A DNA stretch of 64,000 bases from Schmidtea polychroa (Eukaryota): NCBI GenBank assembly GCA_044892525.1, contig CM097887.1, positions 16,554,001-16,618,000 on the forward strand. The letters run 5' to 3'. The notes under the pieces were generated by a model. The model saw nothing but the letters and a program-made list of their open reading frames with translations. It had not been told where the DNA came from and ran no database searches. Each line of letters opens with the position of its first letter. Position 1 is the first letter of the stretch. A program made the position numbers and the translations under genes. This document shows, one piece after another, positions 47,961 through 60,780 of the stretch.

Positions 47961-50900
47961 GGCTTAATAAATGAATTAAATAAAGTTTCATCCGAGATGG
48001 GTTCAATAAAAATTCAATTTTGTTTGAAAGTGGAATTTGTAAAAGATGACGAATTTCAATCATTCGTTATTTCAAATTCTGCTAGACTCATGAGTGATAC
48101 CTTCTTAGAAGATGGTATTGATTTATTAAATGAAAAAATAATTAAAGTTAACGAAAAGGGAAGTAACTGGGTTATTCATAAAATTGAATATATTAGTTTT
48201 ATAATAACAAAATATTCGCAAATATCCAGATTAACTGGCCGTGGATATATTCCTACACCAGAAACATTATTAAATAAAAAATGTACTGTTAATGTTAAAA
48301 ATACAAATGATAAATGCTTCCTATATAGTATTTTATCTATTTTGAAATATAATAGTATTAGTACCAATAGATCTAAGCCATATAATTATAATACTTCGGA
48401 ATTAAAATTCGATCCTGCAGATCTCCCTATGCGCCTTTGTAATATTTCTAAATTTGAATTCCAAAACCCTGGTTTATCGATAAATATTTTAACTTATAAC
48501 GAAAATATATTAAATGATGTTAAGAATACTGAAGAAGTTATGAAACATCCTTATGTTGACATAATTTATCGATCTAAAGTTATTGGGGGGACAACAATTA
48601 ATTTAATTTTGTTAGAAGATTCTGACACATATCATTACATAGGTGTTACTAATCTTGATAGACTTTTGAATTGTAACGATTCTAGTGTAACTGCTGTTAG
48701 GATTTGTAGTAAATGGTGTCCGAGATGCTTAAATGGTTTTCGAAATCCTAATTCTTTCATGAGACACAAGGGTTTGTGTGATAAAAATCAGTTAGGGACC
48801 ACTCTTTTTACATTACCCGAAGATAAATATCTTAGTTTTACAAATTGGTCAAAGATTGTCACTCCTCCATTTGTTATTTATGCCGACTTTGAGGCAATTT
48901 TACCTAAAGATAATAAATATCATCAAAAACATTTACCAATCTCACCTGGTTTTGTTTTTATAAATAATTTTACTGGGGATAAATTTTATAAAAGTTTTAT
49001 AGGATTGGATTGTGTTGAACAGTTTCTTCATGAACTTGAAGAAATTGGTAAGCAAATAGTGGCTCCATATTTTGAAACACGATATAGGAAAATGATGTTT
49101 TTAATAGTATTGACAAAATAAACTTTTCTTCGGCTGTAAATTGTCATTTGTGTAAGAAAACTTTAGTAAATCCAGTAAGAGATCATGACCATTTTTCGGT
49201 TAAATATTTAGGTGCAGCTTGCTCAACTTGTAATCTTTCTCGAAGAATTAGACCGGTTTTACCAGTTATTTTTCATAATTTGAGAGGATATGATCTCCAT
49301 CATATTCTCAAATTTGGCTTAGGTAAATTTAAATCATGGAATATTAATTGTATTCCTATAACTAGTGAAAAACTTTTAAGTTTATATGCAAGAATTGATG
49401 GATTAACTATAAAATTTATCGATTCTTGTCAATTTATTAACGATTCCTTAAAAAATGCTGTACAAACATTAACTACATTTCCATTGACTAATTCTGAATT
49501 TAGCGGAGTAATTGTTAATAGTAAAGGAATATTCCCATATGATTTTGCAACTAGTTTAGAAGTGCTTCAGGGAACTCCCCAATTACCACCAATTTGGGAA
49601 GGTGTTACTGAAGTAGAATATGATATGGCTCAGCGCATTTGGGATGAACATAATTGTAATTCACTTGTGGATTACATGATGATATATTTAAAATTAGATG
49701 TCTTTTTACTTGCGGATTATTTCCAACAGTTTAGAGAAAAATCAATAGCTCATAACAGATTGGAACCCTTAAACTTTTTAGGCATTCCCGGTATGTCATG
49801 GAACTCTGCACACATGACTTTAGATCATCCAATTGAGTTGATCCAAGAAATGGAGATTTATAATTTCTTTGAGGGTGGTATTCGAGGGGGATTAACATTT
49901 GTTAATAAACATTACGTAAAATCAGATGAAAACACAGATTTGCTCTATATAGATATTAACAACCTATATGGTTGGGCACTTAGCCAGAAACTACCAGATG
50001 GTAATTTTAAGTAGATTAACGATGAAATAAAATTAAATAAGATTTTGGAAGATTGTATGAATGTTGACTTGGAATTACTCACATTCGGTTATACTGTTGA
50101 AGTCGATTTGGAAATTCCAGAATCGATTCATGATAAGCTTGACGATTTCCCTGTTGCAGCTGAAAAGATGTGTGCACCAGGATCCAAAGTGGAGAAGTTG
50201 ATGCTTACCCACTATCCTAAAAAGAATTATGTAGTTCATTGGAGACTTCTCCAGCTTTATCTAAATATTGGGGTAAAGGTCACTAAGATTCATCGCGCTA
50301 TACAATTTGAACAGTCATCAATATTTAAAAATTATATAGATACTAACACACAACTTAGGGCATCATCAACAAACACATTAGATAAAAATTATTTTAAACT
50401 ATTAAACAACAGTCTATACGGTAAGACTGTCGAAAACCTAAAGAAACGAATTAATTTAAGACTTTGCAATTCAGCCCAAAAGGTATTAACATATTGTTCT
50501 AAACCTAATTTCAAAAGGACTACTAAAATCGATGACGACTTAATATCTGTTCTATTAAGAAAAGATTTAATATGTTTAAATAGACCAAGTTATATTGGTC
50601 AATCAGTTTTGGATTTATCAAAACTTCGTATGTACCAACTTCAGTACATTGATTTAGAAAAATATCGTATAGAATTTAATTGTAAAATTAATATAGTTGC
50701 TGGGGATACAGATTCGTTCTTTTTGGAAATTAAAAATTGCAAATTAAATTCTCTTTTACCCGCAATGATAAGGGATAATTTATTAAATACCTCTAATTAC
50801 GAGCCAACACATTCATTATATTCAAAAAACCTTGACTCTGTAATAGGGAAATTTAAAGATGAAAGCAAGGGTCTTGGATATGATGAATGGATATTTTTAA

Positions 50901-52723
50901 GACCAAAATGTTATAGCATGAAGGGTAGTAAGGGATGTATGAAAGCGAAAGGGGTCACAATGAAAGATACTGGACTAACTCATCAGTCGTATCTGAATTG
51001 TTATAATAATAATGAGATTTATGCAGTACCACAATTTAGGATAACGAGTAAAAATCATCAACTTTTCAGTATTAAAAATAATAAGAGGGCTTTAACTAAT
51101 GCTGACGATAAGCGCTATTGGGTACTTAAAAATAAAAGTTATGCGTATGGTCATTATAGGGGGGGGGTGGTATGGTTATGGCTGATGATTCTGATGAAGA
51201 AATGTTGCTGCCCATAGTTGATCCAGATGAAGATTTGCTATATCATCCTCATTTTCCGAATGATGATGATGGTTGTCAATTAATACATTTTATGATATAA
51301 AAAATTTGTTTTCATTCTATTTTTAAGCGTTACAAAATTTTTATATTGTTACTTGTAATACTACACTATTTTTATGTTGTTATAGTATTTTTATGTTACA
51401 TGTATTAGTATAATATTTTTAATATCACACTAATTAGTACACGTTTTAATTAAATAATTTGCAATACATCTGCAATACATATGCAAACCATGTATGACTC
51501 ACAATCAAAGGTCACAAAGGTAAAGGTCACATACAAAGGTCACACACGAAGGTCAATGACACATGCATGTTGTTTGCAATACAAATGCATTAATTTGATT
51601 GGTTATACACAAGTATAAAAGAGAGATAAAATGACATCATAGTCATTATTTTTAAAAAATGCAATCCAAGAAGAACGTTTTTGGTGAGAAAACATTTTCT
51701 AATTTATTGAAAGAAACAAGCCCAATTAAGAAAATAACTGAGACGAAGCATGCCAAGAATGATGTGAAACCAGTACAAATGTATCATAACCATAAGATAT
51801 ATTTCTTGGTAGACGAAATTCCATATAAATTCTCAAATGCAGTCAAATTGATCAAGTCGCAATATTCAAGTTTCATTGCTCATATAACAAAAGAAGATGT
51901 TGTTGCAGTAAATAAAGTGTTGGGGAAAATCTATAAGAATCTAAGTTGCAATGGAAATATAATCATCAACAATCGAAATTCTCGTTTTCATGATGCCTTT
52001 GAAGAAATTGAATATAAAGATGGGGAAAGCTGGTTTGTAAATATTTCAATACAGGGATATAAAATGGATGAGAAAGATGTCATATCACCGATTTGGAAAT
52101 TAGATAGTGCTCGAATTTCTCTGGGATTTTAATAAATGTTTAGTTTTAAATACATCTTTTAATATGTCTTTTAATATAATTATTTACTATGAGTTAAGTA
52201 TAGATGATTAATTTGTATTTTTTAAAAGTTGAAAATATGTGTGTATGTAAAAGTTGGCTGAAATATGCATTGTTTAAGGTGTTATGATTATGAATTTGAA
52301 GTAAATATTGATGTCATTTTATAGAGATTAAAATTCTATCTATATATTGTTTGAGTGAAAATATCTCAATTTGTTTAAAAAGATGTGTAAATTTAAAAAT
52401 CGTGTACTAAAAATGAAATTTCAGAATTTTGATTACATCATAGTCTCATTTAACAGAGAATTAAATTTCAAGTATAATGACATAAAAGATTCTTATAAAA
52501 AATTAAAATCAATGACGTAATCGACGTTTTAAAATATTTTGATTTATTACGTAATCGATGATTAAAAACAAAAAATAAAATTATTACGTAATCGATAATT
52601 AAAACAAAAATTTAAATTAAAAAAAGTTATGGGGGGGTATTTTAAAAAAAAATTTTTAAAAAAAATAGGGGGGTATCTGGATCTAGAGTGCACATGGATC
52701 TAGAGTGCACATAACTACCTACT
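47961..52723 (+). mobile_element. polB: Inverted partial Polinton copy (5'-truncated pPolB 47961-51300, 157-aa ORF 51659-52132, TIR ending 52723)
   Basis: Mirror of 35000-39770 sharing the same PolB stop and frameshift, with several private substitutions. Confidence 0.92.
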
Positions 52724-53535
52724 CATAATAATAATAATACTAATGATAATAATAATAATAATAAAATTTATAATAATAATAATAATTTTAATTTATTTAT
52801 ATATATTTTATTTTTTTATTTTTATTCGGATAATAATATTANNNNNNNNNNNNNNNNNNNNNNNNNNNNNNNNNNNNNNNNNNNNNNNNNNNNNNNNNNN
52901 NNNNNNNNNNNNNNNNNNNNNNNNNNNNNNNNNNNNNNNNNNNNNNNNNNNNNNNNNNNNNNNNNNNNNNNNNNNNNNNNNNNNNNNNNNNNNNNNNNNN
53001 NNNNNNNNNNTTTAAATTCCGATATTTGTCACTTAGTGCCTCTTTATTTTTTTATATTATCACTTATGTGCTTTTGATTCAATCGATTAGACGGGGCAGA
53101 AAAACAAACAAAGAAATTATATTTCATATCGAGAAAGAGAAGAGAATTTGAAATTATCGAATGGACATACAGAAGAGTTTTTAACTAAATTTCACAGGCT
53201 TACACGCAGACACGGAGAAACATTTGCACACACACACATGCAAACAAATGATTATTGTGCACCATTCGTTTCGTGTTGGTGTGTTGCCATTAAATTCTTT
53301 CTTTCTTTCTCTGACTCTCCATCAGTTTGTCTGTGTGTATGCATATGTATGTGTATATAAAAATAATTACTATAAATTTATTCTTACTGTTTTCTGATTG
53401 GCTACCACTCTGAACACATGCGGAATGATTGGATTTTAATACTCGTCAGGGACAGAAAATTTGACAAATGATAAATTATAAAATACTTCTCCAGCTGCGC
53501 TTCAACTTGACAAGGAAAAGTATTTTTTAATTTCA

Positions 53536-53877
53536 ATGATAACTATAACGAATGTTTTAATTATTCTCATGTTAATTTGTCGAATTCCCTTGACTGTTTT
53601 CTCACAAACCGATCAATGGAGCCACGCGGAAAAGGTTGATAAATTGTTAAGAAAAGCCATATCATGTTACAATATTCAAGGATTAGGAATATCGGTGGTG
53701 AAAAGGGATAAAATTATTTATCGGAAATCTTTTGGTTATTCTGTTATTAAAAATAAAATGCCTTATTCGGTAAATGAAACAAATATATTAATAGCACCAA
53801 TTTGTAAAAGTTTTACAGCGATACTCATTAGTTATTTTCAATTGGAAACAGGTTATTATTTTGAAATTCATCAGTAT
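53536..53877 (+). CDS. Beta-lactamase-fold secreted protein exon, copy 3 (likely native position)
   Basis: Same protein as the other copies; CCAAT-type element (ctgattggct) at ~53395 upstream. Confidence 0.65.
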
Positions 53878-54101
53878 NNNNNNNNNNNNNNNNNNNNNNN
53901 NNNNNNNNNNNNNNNNNNNNNNNNNNNNNNNNNNNNNNNNNNNNNNNNNNNNNNNNNNNNNNNNNNNNNNNNNNNNNNNNNNNNNNNNNNNNNNNNNNNN
54001 NNNNNNNNNNNNNNNNNNNNNNNNTATGATGTTTCTTCTGATCTCCTCATTGGATATTTTCCTTCTGATAAATAATTTTTTTAACTTCAGCATATCTCTT
54101 G

Positions 54102-54602
54102 TTATTGGGAGCAACTCGCTTTCTTCTTCCCTTGACAAAATTCTTTAATTGTTTTTATTCGACATTCCAATGCCATCCACGCAATTCCGTTTGCCGCTCT
54201 TAATTTTTTGTGCCACACTTCTTTCATAATTTGCCACGAAGATTTTTCCGGTACTGTTTTAGATCCATCATTCTCCACAATTTCTATCGTTCCTCTAACT
54301 AAGTTGATTTGTCATTGCTCTTCGTTTTTCCTTACTAATAGCTCTGCCAATTTTATGTTTGATTTTCTTTCTAACTCAAAAAGGCATAGCCTCATCTCTT
54401 CATTCCCTATTCTAGCCCAATTCGGTATTTTTAAATTTTCTTCTACTACTATGCTCTTCTCTGTTCGACTTCTTCTTTCTCTGTCATAGTTTTCATAAAG
54501 CTTCGTGCTTCTCTTAATTTCTTCCATTTGGTAATTTGAATTTTCTTTTGTAAAAAATTTTTTTTTCTCAAAATTTTTTTTGTCGTCAAAGCATTTGAAC
54601 AA
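54102..54602 (-). pseudogene. Degraded pol-like fragment, copy 3 (extra stop)
   Basis: Mirror of 33146-33646, stopped after ..NEEQ. Confidence 0.35.
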
Positions 54603-54786
54603 TTTTCACTTTTATCCCCAAATATTTTTCGTGACGGTGTGTGATTATTTACCCAATCAAATTACATGATCCATAAATTCATTAGAATTATTAAATATTA
54701 TACAATTATTTGTTTAAATAAAGCAATGATCACTGAAGGAGTATGAAATAAATGTTAGGTCAATAACATGCAATAATAACATATTA

Positions 54787-56397
54787 CTAAACAAATGTTT
54801 CTAACCACATCATTGTCTGTGGTTTTGAATATCGCGATTGATGAACATGATTGTTCTTTTCTTTTGTTTTCAACTTGATGATGATATAGATGAGTAGGAT
54901 GCTGCTTGGTATTGTCACAATAACACATATGAAGAGTAATTCAACATAATTGTTACTAGATGAGTTTTCTTTACAGTCTAATGAAGAGCTTCCGTTTTTT
55001 GTCCATGAGAATTTTATGCGTAATGTTAGATTATGATCATTTGTTATTTCTCTAGAGAGTTGAGTATATGGAAGATGAATATGTCTATTTTCAATGAAAG
55101 TGACTTGCCATTGATCTGAGTTCGCTTTTTGCTTGCAATATTGAATTTTGATCATGAAATTTCTTGGTTTCGGTTTAGATACTGAGTTCAAGGTGCTCAA
55201 CATTGCTCTTTGTTGGTATTCGTCTAACACCACCTGAATTTTATTATTTACAAAATTATTTACCCTTTGTTTGAGGCCTGGTTGGCGTGACACAATTACT
55301 TCATTGTTCTCAATTTTTATTTGAACTCGATTAGTTTCGTTAACCAAGTATACTGCTTCATATTGACTCTGAACTTCTATCCATTGATTATTCATATACG
55401 TCCCATTTTCATGAATGAGTTTCTCGTAATAATGTATTGAAAGACTGTATGTGAGATTTTCTTGTAAATTTTTGTATTTAACAAAAGATTTTCTTTTATT
55501 TAATGTTTCAATCGTAATGTTTTGAAAAACAATTCTGACTTTCTGTTGCTCTTCCGCTTTCCAATATACGTGAATTTCATTCATCATCGGTTCAATTTCA
55601 ACTAAATTTCTCCATTCATTTGTCCAAATGTTAATTTGTATAAGGTTATAGATATTTTGAGTAGTATTTGTTTGATACGTATATTGTTTAATGGTCCAAG
55701 GATATTTGTAATTTGCTGTCAATCGACGAGCTACATATATGCTTTTCTCATAATTCAACGTAACAGATGGTTCGAAAGGGTTCAATAAATTACTAACTTC
55801 TATTTGTTCTATTATTTCAAAATGATATGTCCACACAATACTAGTAAACGTTGAATATATCTCAATTTTATCCAATAAGGGTACTTTTTCTACTGCATAT
55901 GGTAGGTTCATTGTTATTCCACTCGCATTTGCTATGATATTTATTAAGACTGTAGTTATAAATAAAACTTTGTTCATATATCCCAATGGCGTAGGGTTTT
56001 TTTGAAATTTTTGTTGAATAATTGTTTCGTCATTAAGTTTCTTTTTTTTTGATCGTAATTGATACTCCATTTCAGATACTTTCTTACATCGATTGGCATG
56101 AACTATATTTGTTTCTGCTCTTTTGTTATTCATTGGACGTAACTTTAAATTAGTTGCTGTAACATCACACACTGTGTATAGACCCTTGAATGGTCTTTGT
56201 AATTTTGTTGATAGGCCTTTTACTGTTTCCGGCCTGTTTAAATATACTGAATCACCGATTTTTATTCCGTGCTCATGCGCCTTTTTGTCATAGTTTTCTT
56301 TATATTGTTCCTGACGATACTTAATTTTTAACCCCGCACGAGTCCATGCAGATTGTAATCGTTCTTGCATTATTACTTTATAATTTGGAACGTCCAT
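54787..56397 (-). CDS. Integrase C-terminus fused to FN3-like membrane glycoprotein (copy 3, in native Gypsy context)
   Basis: Same 536 aa as 31351-32961; collinear with RT-RH-INT remnants upstream. Confidence 0.75.
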   Translation of the reverse strand: MDVPNYKVIMQERLQSAWTRAGLKIKYRQEQYKENYDKKAHEHGIKIGDSVYLNRPETVKGLSTKLQRPFKGLYTVCDVTATNLKLRPMNNKRAETNIVHANRCKKVSEMEYQLRSKKKKLNDETIIQQKFQKNPTPLGYMNKVLFITTVLINIIANASGITMNLPYAVEKVPLLDKIEIYSTFTSIVWTYHFEIIEQIEVSNLLNPFEPSVTLNYEKSIYVARRLTANYKYPWTIKQYTYQTNTTQNIYNLIQINIWTNEWRNLVEIEPMMNEIHVYWKAEEQQKVRIVFQNITIETLNKRKSFVKYKNLQENLTYSLSIHYYEKLIHENGTYMNNQWIEVQSQYEAVYLVNETNRVQIKIENNEVIVSRQPGLKQRVNNFVNNKIQVVLDEYQQRAMLSTLNSVSKPKPRNFMIKIQYCKQKANSDQWQVTFIENRHIHLPYTQLSREITNDHNLTLRIKFSWTKNGSSSLDCKENSSSNNYVELLFICVIVTIPSSILLIYIIIKLKTKEKNNHVHQSRYSKPQTMMWLETFV

Positions 56398-56399
56398 GT

Positions 56400-58310
56400 A
56401 TTGAGAAGTTGGGGGTTGAAATTTCAGGTCAATCTTTCTACTAGTCCTTCTGTCTGCGGGTGATATGGTGATGTATTTAATTTATAAATACCAAATAATT
56501 TTTAAATTTAAATAAATCACTTTGAAAATTTGTTCCTTGATCTGTTAACAATTTCTTTGGAGCACCATATCTGAATATATTCTTTTCAACAAATATTTGA
56601 GCAACTGTTTCTGCCTTCAGATTTTGCATTGCATATGCTTCTAGCCATTTTGTTAAATAATCACAAAATACAACAATATATTTATTTCCTAAAATAAACA
56701 GTACACGCTTTGTGATACCCAGTGCAAATCCCAATAGTAGACTAGTTTCGAGCTTTTGGTTCTCATCATTACTATGCAGGAGACACGAAGATTTCTCTTT
56801 GCGCTAGGTAAGTATACAATATTGTTGATTCAACTCTATTGCATACTTTTCCCGGTACACTGGAAATCACATCGCTTGCAAATTAGCTTGGTCACAGAAA
56901 AAATCTGTAAACTTGTAAACATGGCGTATGAAAAATCATAATCACGTCTGCGGACTAAAAAATTAGTCGATACACAGAAACTGTTTACAAGTGCATCCGA
57001 TTACCTTTAGCATTTTTAACTTATAAAGTAATGGTGTAAAATATTTTTGTCGGATGCCTCACTTGAATAAAATAAACAGTACATGCTTTGTGATACTCAG
57101 TGCAAATCCCAATAGTAGACAAGTTTCGAGCTTTTGGCTCTCATCAGTACTATGCAGGAGACGCGAAGATTTCTCTTCGCGCCAGGTAAGTATTCAATAT
57201 TGTTGATTTAACTCTGTAAACTTGTCAACTAATGGGATTTGCACTGGGTATCACAAAGCTTGTACTGTTTTTTTTATTCAAGAGAAACATCCGACATCTC
57301 GATGTTTCATTAACCATTGTAACCGATTATGATCTGTATAAACAATAAATTTCCGACCTACTAGATATTGTCGAAATGTTGTTATCCCATATACCAAAGC
57401 TAAAGTTTCTTTTTCAATTGTTGAATAATTTTTCTCATGGGGTTTCTGTGATCGGCTAGCATATGCAATGACATGATCTTTTTCTCCTTCCACTTTTTGA
57501 CCCAATACTGCCACAAATGCAAAACCACTTGCACCTGTCATTAATATGAACATCTTTGTAAAATCTGGGCATCAAAATATTGGATTAATTATAAGTTTTT
57601 GTTTGAGAATTTCGAAAGCATCTTGTTGAGCTTTATTCCACGTAAATTTAAGAGTTTTCTATAACAACATTGTTAATGGTTGAGCAATATGTGCAAAGTT
57701 TCTAATAAATTTTCTATAATAACTTGTTAACCCGAGAAACTGTCTGACGTCATCAACATTTTTTGGAATAGGATAATCTTGGATATTCTTAACATTATCT
57801 GGATTTGGTTGTAAACCTCTCCGTGAGATAATATGTCCAACATATACTACCTCTGACATACCCCATTCACATTTTGATGGTTTGATTTTGAGACTTGCTT
57901 CTCTAAGCCGTTTAAATACTGTCTCCACATCTCTTATATGCTCCTCGAAATCACTTGAAAATATTATAATATCAACTATGTACACTAAGGCGTGTGGAAT
58001 ATCTCTCAGTACAAAATTCATTCCTCTTTGAAATGTTGCTGGTGCACCTGTCAAACCAAATGGTAAAACATTAAATTCATACAAACCTTTTCCATCTAAG
58101 AATGCTGTTTTTCCTTTATCCGATTCTTTAACTTTGAATTGATTATACCCTTTATTTAAATCAATAACAGTAAAATATTGAGGTTCTCCCATTTTGTCGA
58201 ACATTTCCTGAGGAACTGGGATTGGATATGTATCCTTTCTTTTAACTTGGTTAAATTTTCGATAGTCGATAAAAAATCTTATTTCACCGTCCTTTTTCTT
58301 ATATCCTTTT
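56400..58310 (-). mobile_element. Ty3/Gypsy pol remnant: RT (57659-58310), RNase H (57278-57553), deleted integrase
   Basis: KKKDG.IRF.IDYR, DLNKGYNQ, LPFGLTGAPATFQR, YIVD (catalytic D lost), VIAYASR..EKNYSTIEKETLALV..FRQYL.G.KF..YTDH; RT-RH-INT order; ~130-bp internal duplication at 56700/57070. Confidence 0.9.
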
Positions 58311-59474
58311 TCTTATAGTAAGGAGTTCCAAAAAGCTCCTTTTTACAAATAATATTTTAAACGTTATAAGTGTGATCAGCATTGTTGGTTATTTTTATAT
58401 TAAATTTATATTAAATTGTATCATATTATATTAAAGTACCTTAATTTATTTTAAATAAAAGTAGTTATATTTGTGAACAATATTCGTAATTAACAAACCC
58501 CAAATGTTTAAATTTTCAGAGAAAATGAGAGAATTTAAAATTACAATTAATAAACATATTTTGGAAGAAAACTTAAATTGAATTTCTTCTAACACATAAA
58601 GAACATGATTTTGCATCATCCATTGCAATCAAACTACTCTTTAATTTCTTATTGTTCTAATCCTTCAGAATTTGGGTACATTCCCTAACACCTCACACCA
58701 GTTTGAAACCGTAATTTTCTTGCTGTAACAGTACAACATTACAGTGCAAAATGACGTAATATAATTTATACACTTGTTCATACCTATTTAAAAATAACAC
58801 GAAAATAAGTTTCTATTATGACAATTAAATAACATACCAAATGGATTGCTTCTTAAAAACAGGAAAATATTTTGTGAAGAGAACGTAAATTTTATTTTGA
58901 AAACTGTATTTTATATTGCTCCTTACTGCTTCTAAGATCTTTTCATTTCCTGCTGTTGTGCCTAATAAAAATACCAAAATAATAATTATTTTTTAAAATA
59001 TGTATAAAAATAAATCAAAAAATAAAAAGTACTACATAAAAACATTAATATTCTCTTATAAATCCTTTAATTCAAATTATTATTTTGGAGGACTGAGACC
59101 TTGTCTGGTAGTGCTGCCTCTCGATATGTTGGCCATTTTTATCCTATAATTATATCTAAACTTTCCTAATTGATGAATTTCTTCGCTGCAGAGGTTAGAA
59201 ATTTCGGGGTTATAATCATTAATTAATTAATTAGAATTTGGATTTAGACCGGAATAACCTAAAAGCAAACTGACAGGAGCGTCATTACAAGTATCGATGA
59301 AATTTAATGTTATTCTTAAATCATTCTTTTTAAGATTATAAACCAACATTCCGTATTTCTTTCTTGCATAACAGACAAAAGCATTCTTTTTAGGGTAAAG
59401 TTAGCAACTCAATTATATCTTTAAAATCGATTTATAATTTATAATCAAAAATTATAATTATTTTGGTATTTTTA

Positions 59475-59726
59475 TTAGGCACCACACTTTTTATTTCCTG
59501 CTGCAATAGTCCGAAATTTGTCTAATTTTATTTTTAAATTGTTACAAATTAATAATTTGTCTTTAACACGATCAGGCGTTAAACGGTCCCTTTTATCCCA
59601 CCACAATGAACCCATTAGTGAAAAAATTCGTTCGGCGAAGGAATTAATGGCAGCAATGCTGAATAAAAATCCCATTAACTTCCTCAGTACAGAATATTCT
59701 CCTTTCCTCAGTATTTGCGCCCACAA
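59475..59726 (-). pseudogene. hAT transposase dimerization-domain fragment
   Basis: FLFSIAAINSFAERIFSLM..W.DKRDRL. Confidence 0.7.
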
Positions 59727-59987
59727 TTATTCATTGGTTTTTTCGTTCTCGGTGATATATTTAGCTAATATATTATTTAACGAAAAATAATAAAAAATAA
59801 TTTATAAGTAGTACAATAATTTAACAAATGAAAAATAAAATTTATTCAGCCAATCATTCAAATGCGCATTGCGTCACAGAGACGTGAACAATCATCAAGT
59901 TCAATGAGAAATAAAAGAAATTATTGCAAATATTCATATAAAATGATCGGCAATTTCTATTTAAAGATTTTCCTTCAATGTTTCCTC

Positions 59988-60780
59988 TTATGCTTTCTGA
60001 TAATCAACTCCCAATAACCTGTTCATGTGAAAGGTTTTGTCAACATTGCAAATTGCATTCAAAGCTTCAATTCCATTACTGAACGATACAAATCCGAATG
60101 ATCTTGATAGTACTTTGGCATCTTTCACTACTCTAGCCTTTGTGATTTGCCCATTTGGGGAGAATATTTTTATTAATGAACCATCTGTCGCCTCGCTGGG
60201 CAGATTTCTCACAAACAGATCCTTTTTCATTGACTTGGAAATTTCGTTTTCTAACCTTTCTGTTCTCTTGACCATTTCGATAGTAAATATCTGTTTGCCA
60301 TTGAAACTGCGATTATTCAGAACTTCCATAGCAATCTTTGCACTTTCTGGTTCATAATATCTCACGTAACAATATTTCATGGGACCCCTGTTAGTATTGA
60401 TCATATCACAGCTCTTTACATCTCCAAATTCACTGAAAATATCTCTCAATGCCAATATGTAACAGTTTTCATCAAATAATTTCACTAATAGAGCGATATC
60501 GGGTTCTGGTTTCATGAGAATTTCACGGAACTGAGTGACGAAAATGTTGCAATTGCCTAACTCGGTGTTGTTCAAGGCCTTTATTACGTCGTTTACCATA
60601 TTTCCATTTGACAGAGTAATGAAGCCGTAGCCATTGGACTGGCAATTGGCATCAAGCGATATGAAGCATTTTGTAACACTTGCAACCTTTTCAAAATGTT
60701 CGTTGAGGATCTTTGAAGTAATTTTCGTGTCAATATTTTTGACAAATAAATGGGGACAAGATGCTTCAGGATTTCCAGTA
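59988..60780 (-). CDS. Three-RRM, PABP-like (RRM2-4 arrangement) ORF whose 5' end is cut by a Polinton insertion
   Basis: The frame stays open upstream of the listed Met to the TIR: TGNPEASCPHLFVKNI..NGYGFITL; second RRM YCYVRY; third RRM DLFVRNL..SFGFVSF; ends without an MLLE domain. Confidence 0.7.
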
